DNA of 64,000 nucleotides, from assembly GCF_963921235.1 (NCBI RefSeq), contig NC_086097.1, positions 236,780,001-236,844,000 on the forward strand. Reading direction: 5' to 3'. Both the position numbers and the translations under genes were made by a program. Positions 1 through 11,259 of the stretch are shown here, one piece after another; within the stretch, counting starts at the first letter, position 1; each line of letters starts with the position of its first letter. The DNA comes from Mobula hypostoma (lineage: Eukaryota). Under the pieces are notes generated by a model. That model did not search any database and was not told the origin of the DNA. It worked only from the letters and a program-made list of their open reading frames with translations.

Positions 1-1718
1 GAAATGGGGGAGATCTTAAATAGGTTTTTTGCGTCTGTATTTACTAAGGAAGCTGGCATGAAGTCTATGGAATTGTGGGAATCAAGTAGTGAGAACATGG
101 CAACTGTACAGATTGAAAAGGAGGAGGTGCTTGCTGTCTTGAGGAAAATTAATGTGGATAATTCCCCGGGACCTGACAGGGTGTTCCCTCAGACCTTGAA
201 GGAGACCAGTGTTGAACTTGCGGGGGCCCTGGCAGAAATATTTAAAATGTCGCTGTCTACGGGTGAAGTGCCGGAGGATTGGAGAGTGGCTCATGTTGTT
301 CCGTTGTTTAAAAAAGGATCGAAAAGTAATCCGGGAAATTATAGGCCGGTGAGTTTAACATCCGTAGTAGGTAAGTTATTGGAGGGAGTACTAAGAGACA
401 GAATCTACAAGCATTTGGATAGACAGGGGCTTATTAGGGAGATTCAACATGGCTTTGTGCGTGGTAGGTCATGTTTGACCAATCTGTTGGAGTTTTTCGA
501 GGAGGGTACCAGGAAAGTTGATGAACGGAAGGCAGTGGATATTGTCTACATGGACTTCAGTAAGGCCTTTGACAAGGTCCCGCATGGGAGGTTAGTTAGG
601 AAAATTCAGTCGCTAGGTATACATGGAGAGGTGGTAAATTGGATTGGACATTGGCTCGATGGAAGAAGCCAGAGAGTGGTGGTAGAAAATTGCTTCTCTG
701 AGTGGAGGCCTGTGACTAGTGGTGTGCCACAGGGATCAGTGCTGGGTCCATTGTTATTTGTCATCTGTATCAATGATCTGGATGATAATGTGGTAAATTG
801 GATCAGCAAGTTTGCTGATGATACAAAGATTGGAGGTGTAGTAGACAGTGAGGAAGGTTTTCAGAGCCTGCAGAGGGACTTGGACCAGCTGGAAAAATGG
901 GCTGAAAAATGGCAGATGGAGTTTAATACTGACAAGTGTGAGGTATTGCACGTTGGAAGGACAAATCGACGTAGAACATACAGGGTTAATGGTAAGGCAC
1001 TGAGGAGTGCAGTGGAACAGAGGGATCTGGGAATACAGATACAAAATTCCCTAAAAGTGTCGTCACAGGTAGATAGGGTTGTAAAGAGAGCTTTTGGTAC
1101 ATTGGCCTTTATTAATCGTAGTATTGAATATAAGAGCTGGAATGTTATGATGAAGTTGTATAAGGCATTGGTGAGGCCGAATCTGGAGTATTGTGTTCAG
1201 TTTTGGTCACCAAATTACAGGAAGGATATAAATAAGGTTGAAAGAGTGCAGAGAAGGTTTACAAGGATGTTGCCGGGACTTGAGAAACTCAGTTACAGAG
1301 AAGGTTAGGACTTTATTCCCTGGAGCGTAGAAGAATGAGGGGAGATTTGATAGAGGTATATAAAATTATGATGGGTATAGATAGAGTGAATGCAAGCAGG
1401 CTTTTTCCACTGAGGCAAGGGGAGATAAAAACCAGAGGACATGGGTTAAGGGTGAGGGGGGAAAAGTTTAAAGGGAGCATTGGGGGGGCTTCTTCACACA
1501 GAGAGTGGTGGGAGTATGGAATGAGCTGCCAGACGAGGTGGTAAATGTGGGTTCTTTTTTAACATTTAAGAATAAATTGGACAGATACATGGATGGGAGG
1601 TGTATGGAGGGATATGGTCCGTGTGCAGGTCAGTGGGACTAGGCAGAAAATGGTTCGGCACAGCCAAGAAGGGCCAAAGGGCCTGTTTCTGTGCTGTAGT
1701 TTCTATGGTTTCTATGGT
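1..1718 (+). mobile_element. CR1-clade LINE, young, runs off the window start (ORF2 RT 4..1308, C-terminus frameshifted)
   Basis: RT motifs NYRPVSLTS, QHGF, YMDFSKAFDKV, GVPQGSVLGP, FADDTK; CR1 3' UTR ending in (TTTCTATGG)n tail. Confidence 0.95.
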
Positions 1719-2309
1719 AAGAGCTAAAAAGTTGAAGCGTGGATGACTTTAGAGAATAGATGAGAGAAGAAATTGGGGGAGAGCATGCAAGGGTCAAAGT
1801 TCTTTTACATAAACCAACTTTCCATTTATGGACTCTAAACCAACTTCAAACTCCCAATAAACCAAAGAAAGTGTGTGCTTAATGTTGTTTTGGAAGATTG
1901 GTTTGTGTGTTTGAATTGACCGTCTCCGAATTATAGCCATCCTACGCGTCTGTCCTGTTGTGAAACTGCCTATAATTCAGAGAACTGTTTTTTGTTAATA
2001 CATCCACAATATGTAGCTCATGGATTTGATTCAGTCCTTCTTCTCAAATCTTGATCTAATAGTTGAAAACCTCAAGCCTGGATCATATACTTCGGTTCAG
2101 TCAGAAAAGATGATTTAGCAACTTAAGGCATTACATTACCTGGGGTGGGTGATCTAGATTTTGTGGAGAACCTTTTGGGAGTTAATCCACCTAACTGATG
2201 TGTTAACTCATCAATCATATCCTGAGGAATATAATGATGACAGGAAAGAGCTCCAACAGAGGATTAGGAAGACTGATAAGCACTTGGCAAGTAGCATTAA
2301 AAAGATTCT

Positions 2310-2803
2310 TATACAACCCGCTCAAAGAGGCTCGTATACAAGGTCTGCCTCATTAGCTAACTCAGCTAACAACCACGAGGCTCAGCAGTGAGAAGTCCAC
2401 CTTGCATAAGCAACACATGTCTAAGGTCCATCTGATTTGGGTTTGACCAAACAGGAAAGTTGGGATGTTCTGACTGAGGAACATAGATTATAGCGAATGT
2501 TGTTTAAATACTGCCCCATACACCGTTATCATTCACCAGGAAATGACAGATTGTACACCGGCATAAAATACAAGGAAATATATTTGCCGATTTTCCAAAC
2601 TGTTAGCAGAAAAAGCAATAGGGTCTGTGCTTCAAGCGGCATTATGTGAGCATCCTCCCTTGTGTTCCGCTCTGCAGCTCTGGCCAAAAGCCCCAAACCG
2701 GACTACTGTACAAGTGCAATGTGTCATGTTAGTGAGCTTCAAACTGCTAAAATAAAGAACAACCTCACAGCATAGCAGTAGAAATCTTAACCAGCGTATT
2801 ACA
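2310..2803 (-). mobile_element. Solo LTR (Gypsy-like), degenerate
   Basis: Homologous to the TSD-bounded LTR at 25116-25827 plus 40307-40407 (shared gcagtagaaatcttaaccagcgt, agctaactcagctaac, acagattgtacac). Confidence 0.65.
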
Positions 2804-2939
2804 TTTACATTAACACCTAGGATAACTGGGGAATGTGTAGGATCAGGGGACTACTCAAGGAAATATGAGGGATTTGATGCTTGGAGGATGTGAGATGGGT
2901 AGTGTTAAATTACTTTGTACTGGTGGTCACCAAATAGAA

Positions 2940-3870
2940 AGAATTGGAAGACAGAGAGATTAGTATGGGACTTGCTAACGTACTGGGGCATTTAGAGGTC
3001 AACAGGAGGTGGCATTGTTTCTTCTGAAGAGCAGCAAGCCGGATGTCCTCAGGGCCTGATGGAAAATATCTCAGGTTTTTGAAAGAGGCAAGAGATGAGA
3101 TTGCTGGAGCTTTGGAGATCTTTGTGTCCTCTAGCCACAGATGAGGTCCCAGATGACTGGAGGGTAGACAATAGAGTTCCTTTGCTCAACAAGGAAAATA
3201 GGGATGATCCAAGAAATTACAGGCTGGCTAACCTCTCATCAATGGGAGGGAAGCTTCTGAAGAGGATTCTTAGGGATAGGGTTTAAGCACATTTGGGAAA
3301 GCTAGGTCTGATTAGGTACAGTCAGCTTGGATTTATGCAAGGTAGGTCATGCCATGCAAACTTAATTTAGTGTTTCTGATGAGGTGACAAAGGTGACTGA
3401 TGAGGGAAAGGCAGTAGATGATGTAAACATGGATTTTAGTAAGGCTTTTCAATGGTAGGCTGATCCCAAACATTAAAGTTCATAGGTCTATGGTGATTTG
3501 GTAGTTTGCTTTCAGAGTTAGCTTGTCCATTGAATACAGAGAATAGTGGTGGAAGAGATGGCACTCTGGGACATCAAATGTAAGGGGAAAGTATACAATT
3601 GAGGGTATTGATGTACAGAGGAACATTGGAATCACTTCAATGGCTGCATAGATATATATGGTGGTAAGGTGTGCAGAATGTTCGTCTTCATTTGTTAAGA
3701 CATTGAATATAATAGTAAGGAAGTCATTTTGCAGCCACTTCACTTGATTTTACCAAATGGACAGCCAGGATTTCCAAAGATGTTGGAAATTCTAATAGAA
3801 GGGGTCATAATTTTAAGGTGATTGGAGGCAAGTATAGAGCGGATTTCAGAGCTACATTATTTTACACAGA
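2940..3870 (+). mobile_element. Degenerate CR1 ORF2 remnant
   Basis: EVPDDWRV..NYR..LLKRILRDR peptide, DFSKAF-like codons, many stops and deletions. Confidence 0.85.
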
Positions 3871-4258
3871 GGGTGGATGCGCTACTGAGAGAGAATAAAT
3901 CTTAAATACAAGTGCAAACCCAGGTACCCCAAACACACAACAACCCACACCAGTTGATAATGCACTCAAATCAAATAAAAATCCTTAAAATGTTTTATAG
4001 ACCCTCTGAGGGCCAAACCAGTAATCTGAGAGATAAAATGTTTATTCTCAATAAGAAGAATGAATTCCAACACTTTCTTAATCTCTGGAAATCATGAGCC
4101 ATGGGTACAACTGTGGGTAGTTGAGTTAAGACAAGGAAAGCCAAGGCAGTTGCTTACTACAGACAAGATAGGCTGGGCAATGGGGCAATGTGTACTCAAG
4201 CCAAACAAGTGAGGCCTCTGTAGTGAGATTTTTCAAGAAAGGTCTTGCTAAAACATAA

Positions 4259-4362
4259 GCAACTCACATAAAAGTTGCCGGTGAACGCAGCAGGCCAGGC
4301 AGCATCTCCAGGAAGAGGTACAGTCGACGTTTCAGGCCGAGACCCTTCGTCAGGACTGACTG
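4259..4362 (-). mobile_element. Penelope pLTR-only mini-insert containing a hammerhead motif
   Basis: Matches the Penelope 3' terminus; AAACATAA duplicated at 4251-4258 and 4363-4370. Confidence 0.85.
4322..4357 (-). ncRNA. Minimal type I hammerhead ribozyme motif (Penelope-associated)
   Basis: AGUC-CUGACGA-A-GGG ucucgg CCU-GAAA-CG-UC-GACU: stem I AGUC/GACU, palindromic ACGU stem III, GUC triplet. Confidence 0.8.
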
Positions 4363-4814
4363 AAACATAACATCCCTTTACACAATAGGGGTTGGTGGAG
4401 GTAGATGAGATAAGGATAACAGAAGGATAAGAAACATTCCCAACAACTAAGGCTCTGTTGTCTTTACGAATTTCTAAATATCATCGGCTGTCAGCTTGAA
4501 GTTTCAATTGACTTCAATGCCTGTGTTGTGAATGGTGACTGATCTTTCAAATGAGGAATTCAAACACGTGCTGTGTAATTTACAATGATCAATATCCAAA
4601 TCTGATAAGCCAATTCTATATAAAAATAACAGTTTTGTGTTCAGCTTCATAACAATGTGGGTGACAGGGCCCATGCTGTTCGCCTTGCGCTCAAGCAAAA
4701 TAAAAGGCATTTTGGAGTGATAAGAGTTTGCGAGTTCTGAGCCCATTTATTTTAGTTATTTTATTATTAGTGATGGCAGTTACTAGGACATTTCACTAAA
4801 ATGGAGAAAATCCC

Positions 4815-5905
4815 TCGTGGGACGCTAATCCAGCGATGCAGGTGGATGCTTTCCTGGTGTCATGGATTATTGATTACCTGACTGGCAGACCACAGTGCGT
4901 GTGCTTGCAACAGTGTGTGTCTGACAGAGTGATCAGCAGCACTGGGGCTCCAGAGGGGACTGTCTTGTCTCCCTTTCTCTTCACCATTTACACCTCGGAC
5001 TTCAACTACTGCACAGAGTCTTGTCATCTTCAGAAGTTTTCGGATGACTCTGCCGTAGTTGGATGCATCAGCAAGGGAGATGAGGTTGAGTACAGGTCTA
5101 CGGTAGGAAACTTTGTCACATGGTGTGAGTAGAATTATCTGCAGCTTAATGTGAAAAAGACTAAGGAGCTGGTGGTAGACCTGAGGAGAGCTAAGGTACC
5201 GGTGACCCCTGTTTTCATCCAGGGGGTTAGTGTGGACATGGTGGAGGATTACAAATACCTGGGATACGAATTGACAATAAACTGGACTGGTCAAAGAACA
5301 CTGAGGCTGTCTACAAGAAGGGTCAGAGCTGTCTCTATTTCCTGAGGAGACTGAGGTCCTTTAACATCTGCCGGACGATGTTGAGGATGTTCTACAAGTC
5401 TGTGGTGGCCAGTGCTATCATGTTTGCTGTTATGTGCTGGGGCAGCAGGCTGAGGGTAGCAGACACCAACAGAATCAACAAACTCATTCATAAGGCCAGT
5501 GATGTTGTGGGGGTGGAACTGGACTCTCTCACGGTGGTGTCTGAAAAGAGGATGCTGTCTAAGTTGCATGCCATCTTGGTCAATGTCTCCCATCCACTAC
5601 ATAATGTACTGGGTGGGCACAGGAGTACATTCAGCCAGAGACTCATTCCACCGAGATGCAACACTGAGCATCATAGGAAGTCATTCCTGCCTGTGGCCAT
5701 CAAACTTTACAACTCCTCCCTTGGAGGGTCAGACACCCTGAGCCAATAGGCTGGTCCTGGACTTATTTCATAATTTACTGGCATAATTTACATATTACTA
5801 TATAACTATTTATGGTTCTATTACTATGCATTATTTATGGTGCAACTGTAATGAAAACCAATTTCCCCCCGGATCAATAAAGTATGACTATGACTATGAC
5901 TATGA
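4815..5905 (+). mobile_element. Rex1/RTE-type LINE, 5'-truncated
   Basis: STGAPEGTVLSPFLF and KFSDDSAVVG RT motifs, KTKELVVD, C-terminal RKSFLPVAIKLYN; aataaag followed by (TATGAC)n tail. Confidence 0.9.
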
Positions 5906-5907
5906 TT

Positions 5908-5985
5908 TACCATCCTCAATTTTATGGGACAACTGAAAGACAGAACAGGGCTCTGAAAAGCAGGTTAGCTAAATTGTGCAACAAA
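5908..5985 (+). pseudogene. Retroviral/LTR-retrotransposon integrase core fragment
   Basis: Translates YHPQFYGTTERQNRALKSRLAKLCNK, resembling the HPQSxGxVERxNxxLK integrase motif around the catalytic Glu. Confidence 0.5.
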
Positions 5986-5996
5986 TCCCCCTAGAT

Positions 5997-6077
5997 CAGG
6001 AGGTTCCCAACTTGGTGTCTGCGGACCTCTTGCTTAATGGTATTAGTCCATGGCACAAAAAAGGTTGGGAAACTCTG
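5997..6077. mobile_element. hAT-type MITE
   Basis: TIRs CAGGAGGTTCCCAAC / GTTGGGAAACTCTG; same family as 46230-46307. Confidence 0.75.
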
Positions 6078-6584
6078 TGTCACTACCTCCAGCTGAACTT
6101 TGTCTTTTTGTGTGTTTTCCCCCTAGCCATCAGTCTGTGGTTTTGTATTTCTACGTGCTCTTGTTTGTTTTCATGTCCTATGTGCCCCTGCCCCGGCTCC
6201 TGTTCTACTCCGGCACCTGTATTACTGAGTACTCCGCCTCTCACATGTTTCTCATTATTACCTGTTTTGCTGCCACTTCTGTCTCATTGTGATCCACCTA
6301 TCATCTGCCTCTCCATTTATTGCTCAGTGTATTTTAGTCCTGTGTTTTCACCTGTTTGTTGCCAGGTTGTGCTAGTGAATTTTCCTGGGCCTTACCAGTA
6401 TTTGTATCTGTACTCTGCCTGCCTGCCTGAATATTGACTCTGCCTGTTCCCTGATTCTGGTTTCTGGATTTCTCTGGATGCTTTGATCTCTGCCTGTTTG
6501 CACCTCGGGATTTGTTACTCAATTAATATCACTGTGTGCACAGTACTTGGTCTGCGTTTGGATCCCTGCTCCAGTGCCCTGACA
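6078..6584 (+). mobile_element. Solo LTR
   Basis: TGTCA...TGACA termini with perfect 5-bp TSD CTCTG (6073-6077, 6585-6589); strand tentative. Confidence 0.85.
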
Positions 6585-6938
6585 CTCTGCTCCAGTTTCT
6601 CACCTCTTTGGAACTTCACTAAGCATGGTGACTTCACTATAAACCACCTTCTGCTTTTCAATTACTTACTGCAATTAGTAATTGCTGTTATAAACTATGA
6701 AGCTCATACTAATGGATAAGATGAAAAATCTCCCAGTTAGTAGGTCTGACACTTGATAGTCAGCAAGGTCTTCTGGGCTTCCTATTAATGAGAACCTTTA
6801 AGAGCTTTTTATAGTGCTAAACAACACTGCAACATGCTTGCTTTTGCTTGTAATATAGATATCCATTATTAGGTTGTATTCTGGAGTTAAGGTATATAGC
6901 AAATATTAATCCAGCAGCAGGCAGTCTTTAGATTTGAA

Positions 6939-9728
6939 GCAACACACATCAAAGTTGCTGGTGAATGCATCAGGCCAGGCAGCATCTCGAGGAAGAGGTA
7001 CAGTCGACGTTTCGGGCTGAGACCCTTCGTCAGGACTAACTGAAGGAAGAGTTAGTAAGAGATTTGAAAGTGGGAGGGGAGATCCGAAATGATAAGAGAA
7101 GACAGGAGGGGGAGGGATGGAGCCAAGAGCTGGACAGTTGATTGGTAAAAGGGATATGAGAGGATCATGGGACAGGAGCCCTAGGGAGAAAGAAAAGGGG
7201 GAGGGGGAGGAAAACCCAGAGGATGGGCAAGGGGTATAGTGAGAGGGACAGAGGAAGAAAAAGGAGAGAGAGAGAATGTGTGTATATAAATAAATAATGG
7301 ATAGGGTACAAGGGGGAGGTGGGGCATTAGCAGAAGTTAGAGGTCGATGTTCATGCAATCTGGTTGGAGGCTAACCAGATGGAATATAAGGTGTTGTTCC
7401 TCCAACCTGAGTGTGGCTTCATCTTTACAGTAGAGGAGGCCGTGGATAGACATGTTAGAATGGGAATGAGATGTGGAATTAAAATGTGTGGTCACTGGGA
7501 GATCCTGCTTTCTCTGGCGGACAGAGCGTAGGTGTTCAGCAAAACGATCTCCCAGTCTGCGTTGGGTCTCGCCAATATATAGAAGGCCACATCGGGAGCA
7601 CTGGACGCAGTATATCACCCCAGCCAACTCACAGGTGAAGTGTCGTCTCACCTGGAAGGACTGTTTGGGGCCCTGAATGATGGTAAGGGAGGAAGTGAAA
7701 GGGCATGTGTAGCACTTGTTCTGCTTACAAGGATAAGTGCCAGGAGGGAGATCAGTGGGGAGGGGAGGGGTGGGGAGGGATGGGGGGGTACGAATGGACA
7801 TGGGATTCGCGTAGGGAGCGATCCCTGTGGGAAGCGGGGGGGGGGAGGGAAAGATGTGCTTAGTGGTGGGATCCCGTTGGAGGTGGCGGAAGTTACGGAG
7901 AATAATATGTTGGAACCGGATGCTAGTGGGGTGGTAGGTGAGGACCAGGGGAACTCTATTCCTAGTGGGGTGACGGGAGGATGGAGTGAGAGCAGATGTG
8001 CGTGAAATGGGGGAGATGCGTTTGAGAGCAGAGTTGATGGTGGAGGAAGGGAAGTCCCTTCCATTAAAAAAGGAGGACATCTCCCTCGCCCTGGAATGAA
8101 AAGCCTCCTCCTGAGAGCAGATGTGGCAGAGACGGAGGAATTGGGAGAAGGGGATGGCATTTTTGCAAGAGACAGGGTGAGAACAGGAATAGTCCAGACA
8201 GCTGTGAGAGTCAGTAGGCTTATAGTAGACATCAGTAGATAAGCTGTCTCCAGAGACAGAGACAGAAAGATCTAGAAAGGGGAGGGAGGTGTCGGAAATG
8301 GACCGGGTAAACTTGAGGGCAGGGTAAAAGTTGGAGGCAAAGTTAATGAAGTCAACGAGCTCTGCATGCGTGCAGGAAGCAGCGCCAATGCAGTCGTCGA
8401 TGTAGCGAAGGAAAAGTGGGGGACAGATACCAGAATAGGTTTGGAACATAGATTGTTCCACAAAGCCAACAAAAAGACAGGCATAGCTGGGACCCATACG
8501 GGTGCCCATGGCTACACCTTTAGCTTGGAGGAAGTAGGAGGAGCCAAAGGAGAAATTATTAAGAGTAAGGACTAATTCCGCTAGATGGAGCAGAGTGGTG
8601 GTAGAGGGGAACTGATTAGGTCTGGAATCCAAAAAGAAGTGGAGAGCTTTGAGACCTTCCTGATGGGGGATGGAAGTACATAGGGACTGGACATTCATGG
8701 TGAAAATAAAGCGGTGGGGACCAGGGAACTTAAAATCACCAAGAAGTTTGAGTGTGAGAAGTGTCACGAACATAGGTAGGAAGGGATTGAACAAGGGGGG
8801 ATAAAACAGTGTCGAGGTATGCAGAAACTAGTTCAGTGGGGCAGGAGCAAGCCGAGACAATGGGTCTACCTGGACAGGCAGGTTTGTGGATCTTGGGTAG
8901 GAGGTAGAAACGGGAAGTGTGAGGTGTGGAAACTATATGTTGGTAGCAGTGGATGGGAGATCCCCTGAGCGGATAAAGTCAGTGATGGTGTGGGAGACAA
9001 TGGCCTGGTGCTCCTTAGTGGGGTCACAATCGAGGGGTAAATAAGAGGTATCCGCGAGTTGTTGCTGTGCCTCGGCAAGGTAGAGGTCAGTACGCCAGAC
9101 TACAACAGTACCCCCCTTATCGGCGGGTTTAATAGTAAGGTTAGGATTAGTGCGGAGGGAGTGGAGAGCAGAGCGTTCGGAAGGAGTGAGGTTGGAATGG
9201 GAACAAGATGCGGTGAAGTCGAGATGGTTGATATCCCATCGGCAGTTAGCAATAAAGAGATCCAGAACAGGCAGAAGACCAGAGCGGGGTGTCCATTGAA
9301 GAGGAGGAGGGTTGAAGACGGGAGAAGGGGTCATCGGTGGGGGTGGAAGAGTCCTTGCAGAAGAAGTAGGCTCGGAGACGGAGACGGCGGAAGAAGAGTT
9401 CCGCGTCATGGCGAACACGGAATTCACTGAGGTGTGGGCGAAGGGGGACAAAGGTGAGGCCCTTACTGAGGATGGAGCGTTCTGCCTCAGACAGTTGAAG
9501 GTCAGACAGGATGGTAAAGACCTGGCATGGATGAGAGCTGGGATCAGAGGGGGGAGGGGGGAGTCTGGGGGTGTCAGTGCAGAGGGGAGGGTTGGGGTGA
9601 GAGGAAGATGGAGCCTCTGAGGGCCCAGGAGCTGACGGTGGGATCTGAGGGAAAAGGGGTTGCAGAGTGGTGGTGGGGAAAGGGGAGACGGGAATCACAA
9701 TGGCAGCACATAAAGACCTGGCCTGGAG
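6939..9728 (-). mobile_element. Penelope-like element (RT + GIY-YIG), 5'-truncated, frameshifted
   Basis: KPADKG, GVAMG, FLRYIDD, PFLD, GVIY..C..C..YIGET..RFAEH motifs; pLTR at the left end; 11-bp TSD TTAGATTTGAA (6928-6938, 9729-9739). Confidence 0.95.
7002..7037 (-). ncRNA. Minimal type I hammerhead motif in Penelope pLTR
   Basis: AGUC-CUGACGA-A-GGG ucucag CCC-GAAA-CGUC-GACU, core fully intact. Confidence 0.85.
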
Positions 9729-10707
9729 TTAGATTTGAATGTGGATTGCAGATTGAATGTAAATTGTAGCTGTGAACTTTGGGTCTGCAGACTGGGATTG
9801 ATCACCAGAAATGTCTGCATACACATGAATGCAGATAGAGAGACAATGGGGGTTAACATTCACTTTGGGTGGCTGGAGTGTTGGGAGTGGTTGAAAATTA
9901 TGTTAGAACATTAGAAAATTTTTGACGAGAACAAACCATTTGGCCCAAGAAAGCTTGCCAAATTCCTATTCAAAAAGTCTGTTAAAATAACTAATGAGAT
10001 TAGATTTGAAAGTATTTAAGATACCACTCTCAACAACATAACTAGGTAGTTTGTTCCTGGTGTCCACAATTCACTGTATGATGGAATGCTTCCTGATGTT
10101 AGGCTGAAATCTCCCTTTAACCAACCTCCACGTATGGCCCCGTGTCCTTGATGACAGATTAATTTTGACGTAGCAGCTGGCATCCACCTTAACCTTAATG
10201 ATTTTGAACACTTCTATCATGTCTCTTCTCATACTGCATCTATTTATGTTAAAAATATTTAATTATTTTAATCTTTCTTCATAGTCTGACACTGCAGACC
10301 TGGAATGAGTCTGGTTGCCCTTCTCTGAACCATCTCCACTGCCCTCTCATTGCTCACAAAATGTGGAGACCAAAATTGTACACAGTACTCAAGGTGTGGC
10401 CTCACAAGCACATTATACAGCTTAAAGAGTACGTCCCTAAACTTGAACTACACTGGGTGCATTATATAGCTCAAAATTCTTATTAGCCTTCCTAATCACT
10501 TCTGTGAATTGTCTAGATGTTGATAGTGATGAGTCTACCAAGACGCCCAGATCCTTCTCATAGAGTGCATTTTCTAACTCGAGACCCCAATTGTATACCT
10601 GTATCTAATATTTCTACCTCCAATATGCAATACTTTGTGTTTACTTATATTAAATTTCATCTGCCATTTATCTGCCCACATCTGGATTTTGTTTAAATCT
10701 AACTGTA

Positions 10708-11119
10708 TGTTACAAAATACACATGGACTAAGATGTTAACTGTCCTGTGCTATCACCAGTGGGATCATCAGTTGATCTGCCTCCTGTCTTCAGGAGTTTC
10801 GGCCCACTTATGATCAAGACTCCCTCGAGGTGGTGGGTCAGCAGTGCTAAAGTACCACCTCCCACTGGTGAGCTTAAAAACTTGGCATCTGTCTCCATCA
10901 GAGTTGTTGGTCACTTCCATCCAACAGATAGTCTGCTCTTCAGGTGTCTATGCAACTATTGAAGGGTTTGCAAGGTATGTATACACTGTCCAACTATCTG
11001 CCCCTCTGGATGTACTTGGTCCACACCCATGCTGATCCTTTCTCTGCTGCCTCAGCTACAGCCCTGCTGGTTGACTTGATCTCTCTTCTAGTGAAGCCAA
11101 GGTCACGCAGCCACTTCTG
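10708..11119 (-). mobile_element. 5'-truncated HERO/R2-group (restriction-like endonuclease) non-LTR retrotransposon: ORF end plus 3' UTR
   Basis: 11119-10994 translates QKWLRDLGFTRREIKSTSRAVAEAAEKGSAWVWTKYIQRGR*, resembling the EAAExxSxWxW C-terminus of HERO-type ORFs; interrupts a CR1. Confidence 0.7.
10758..10833 (-). ncRNA. Candidate pseudoknotted hammerhead-like RNA with kink-turn
   Basis: GGGAG-UC-UUGAUC, AGUGGG-CC-GAAA-CUCCU and GAUCAA-CUGAUGA-U-CCCACU give three 6-bp stems flanking the core motifs. Confidence 0.6.
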
Positions 11120-11259
11120 GATTCTTGCTGTCTGAATGTTAGCAGCCTGTCCCCCTAATTTTGTGTCATCTACAAACTTTACTAGTTTATTTGTTATGTG
11201 CTAACCCAAATCATTAAATTAAGAACAGCAGTGGTCCCAAAACTGATTCCTCCGTAACC

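Larger units (their letters stand above)
9903..11258 (-). mobile_element. Older CR1-type LINE 3' part, split by the insertion at 10708-11119
   Basis: DDTKLGG..IQLDL..WADKWQM reads across the insertion; short repeat tail near 9903. Confidence 0.8.

Noticed and set aside
7755..7850. G-run clusters as special G-quadruplex elements
   Set aside because: Ordinary proline-rich linker sequence of Penelope, present in all copies.
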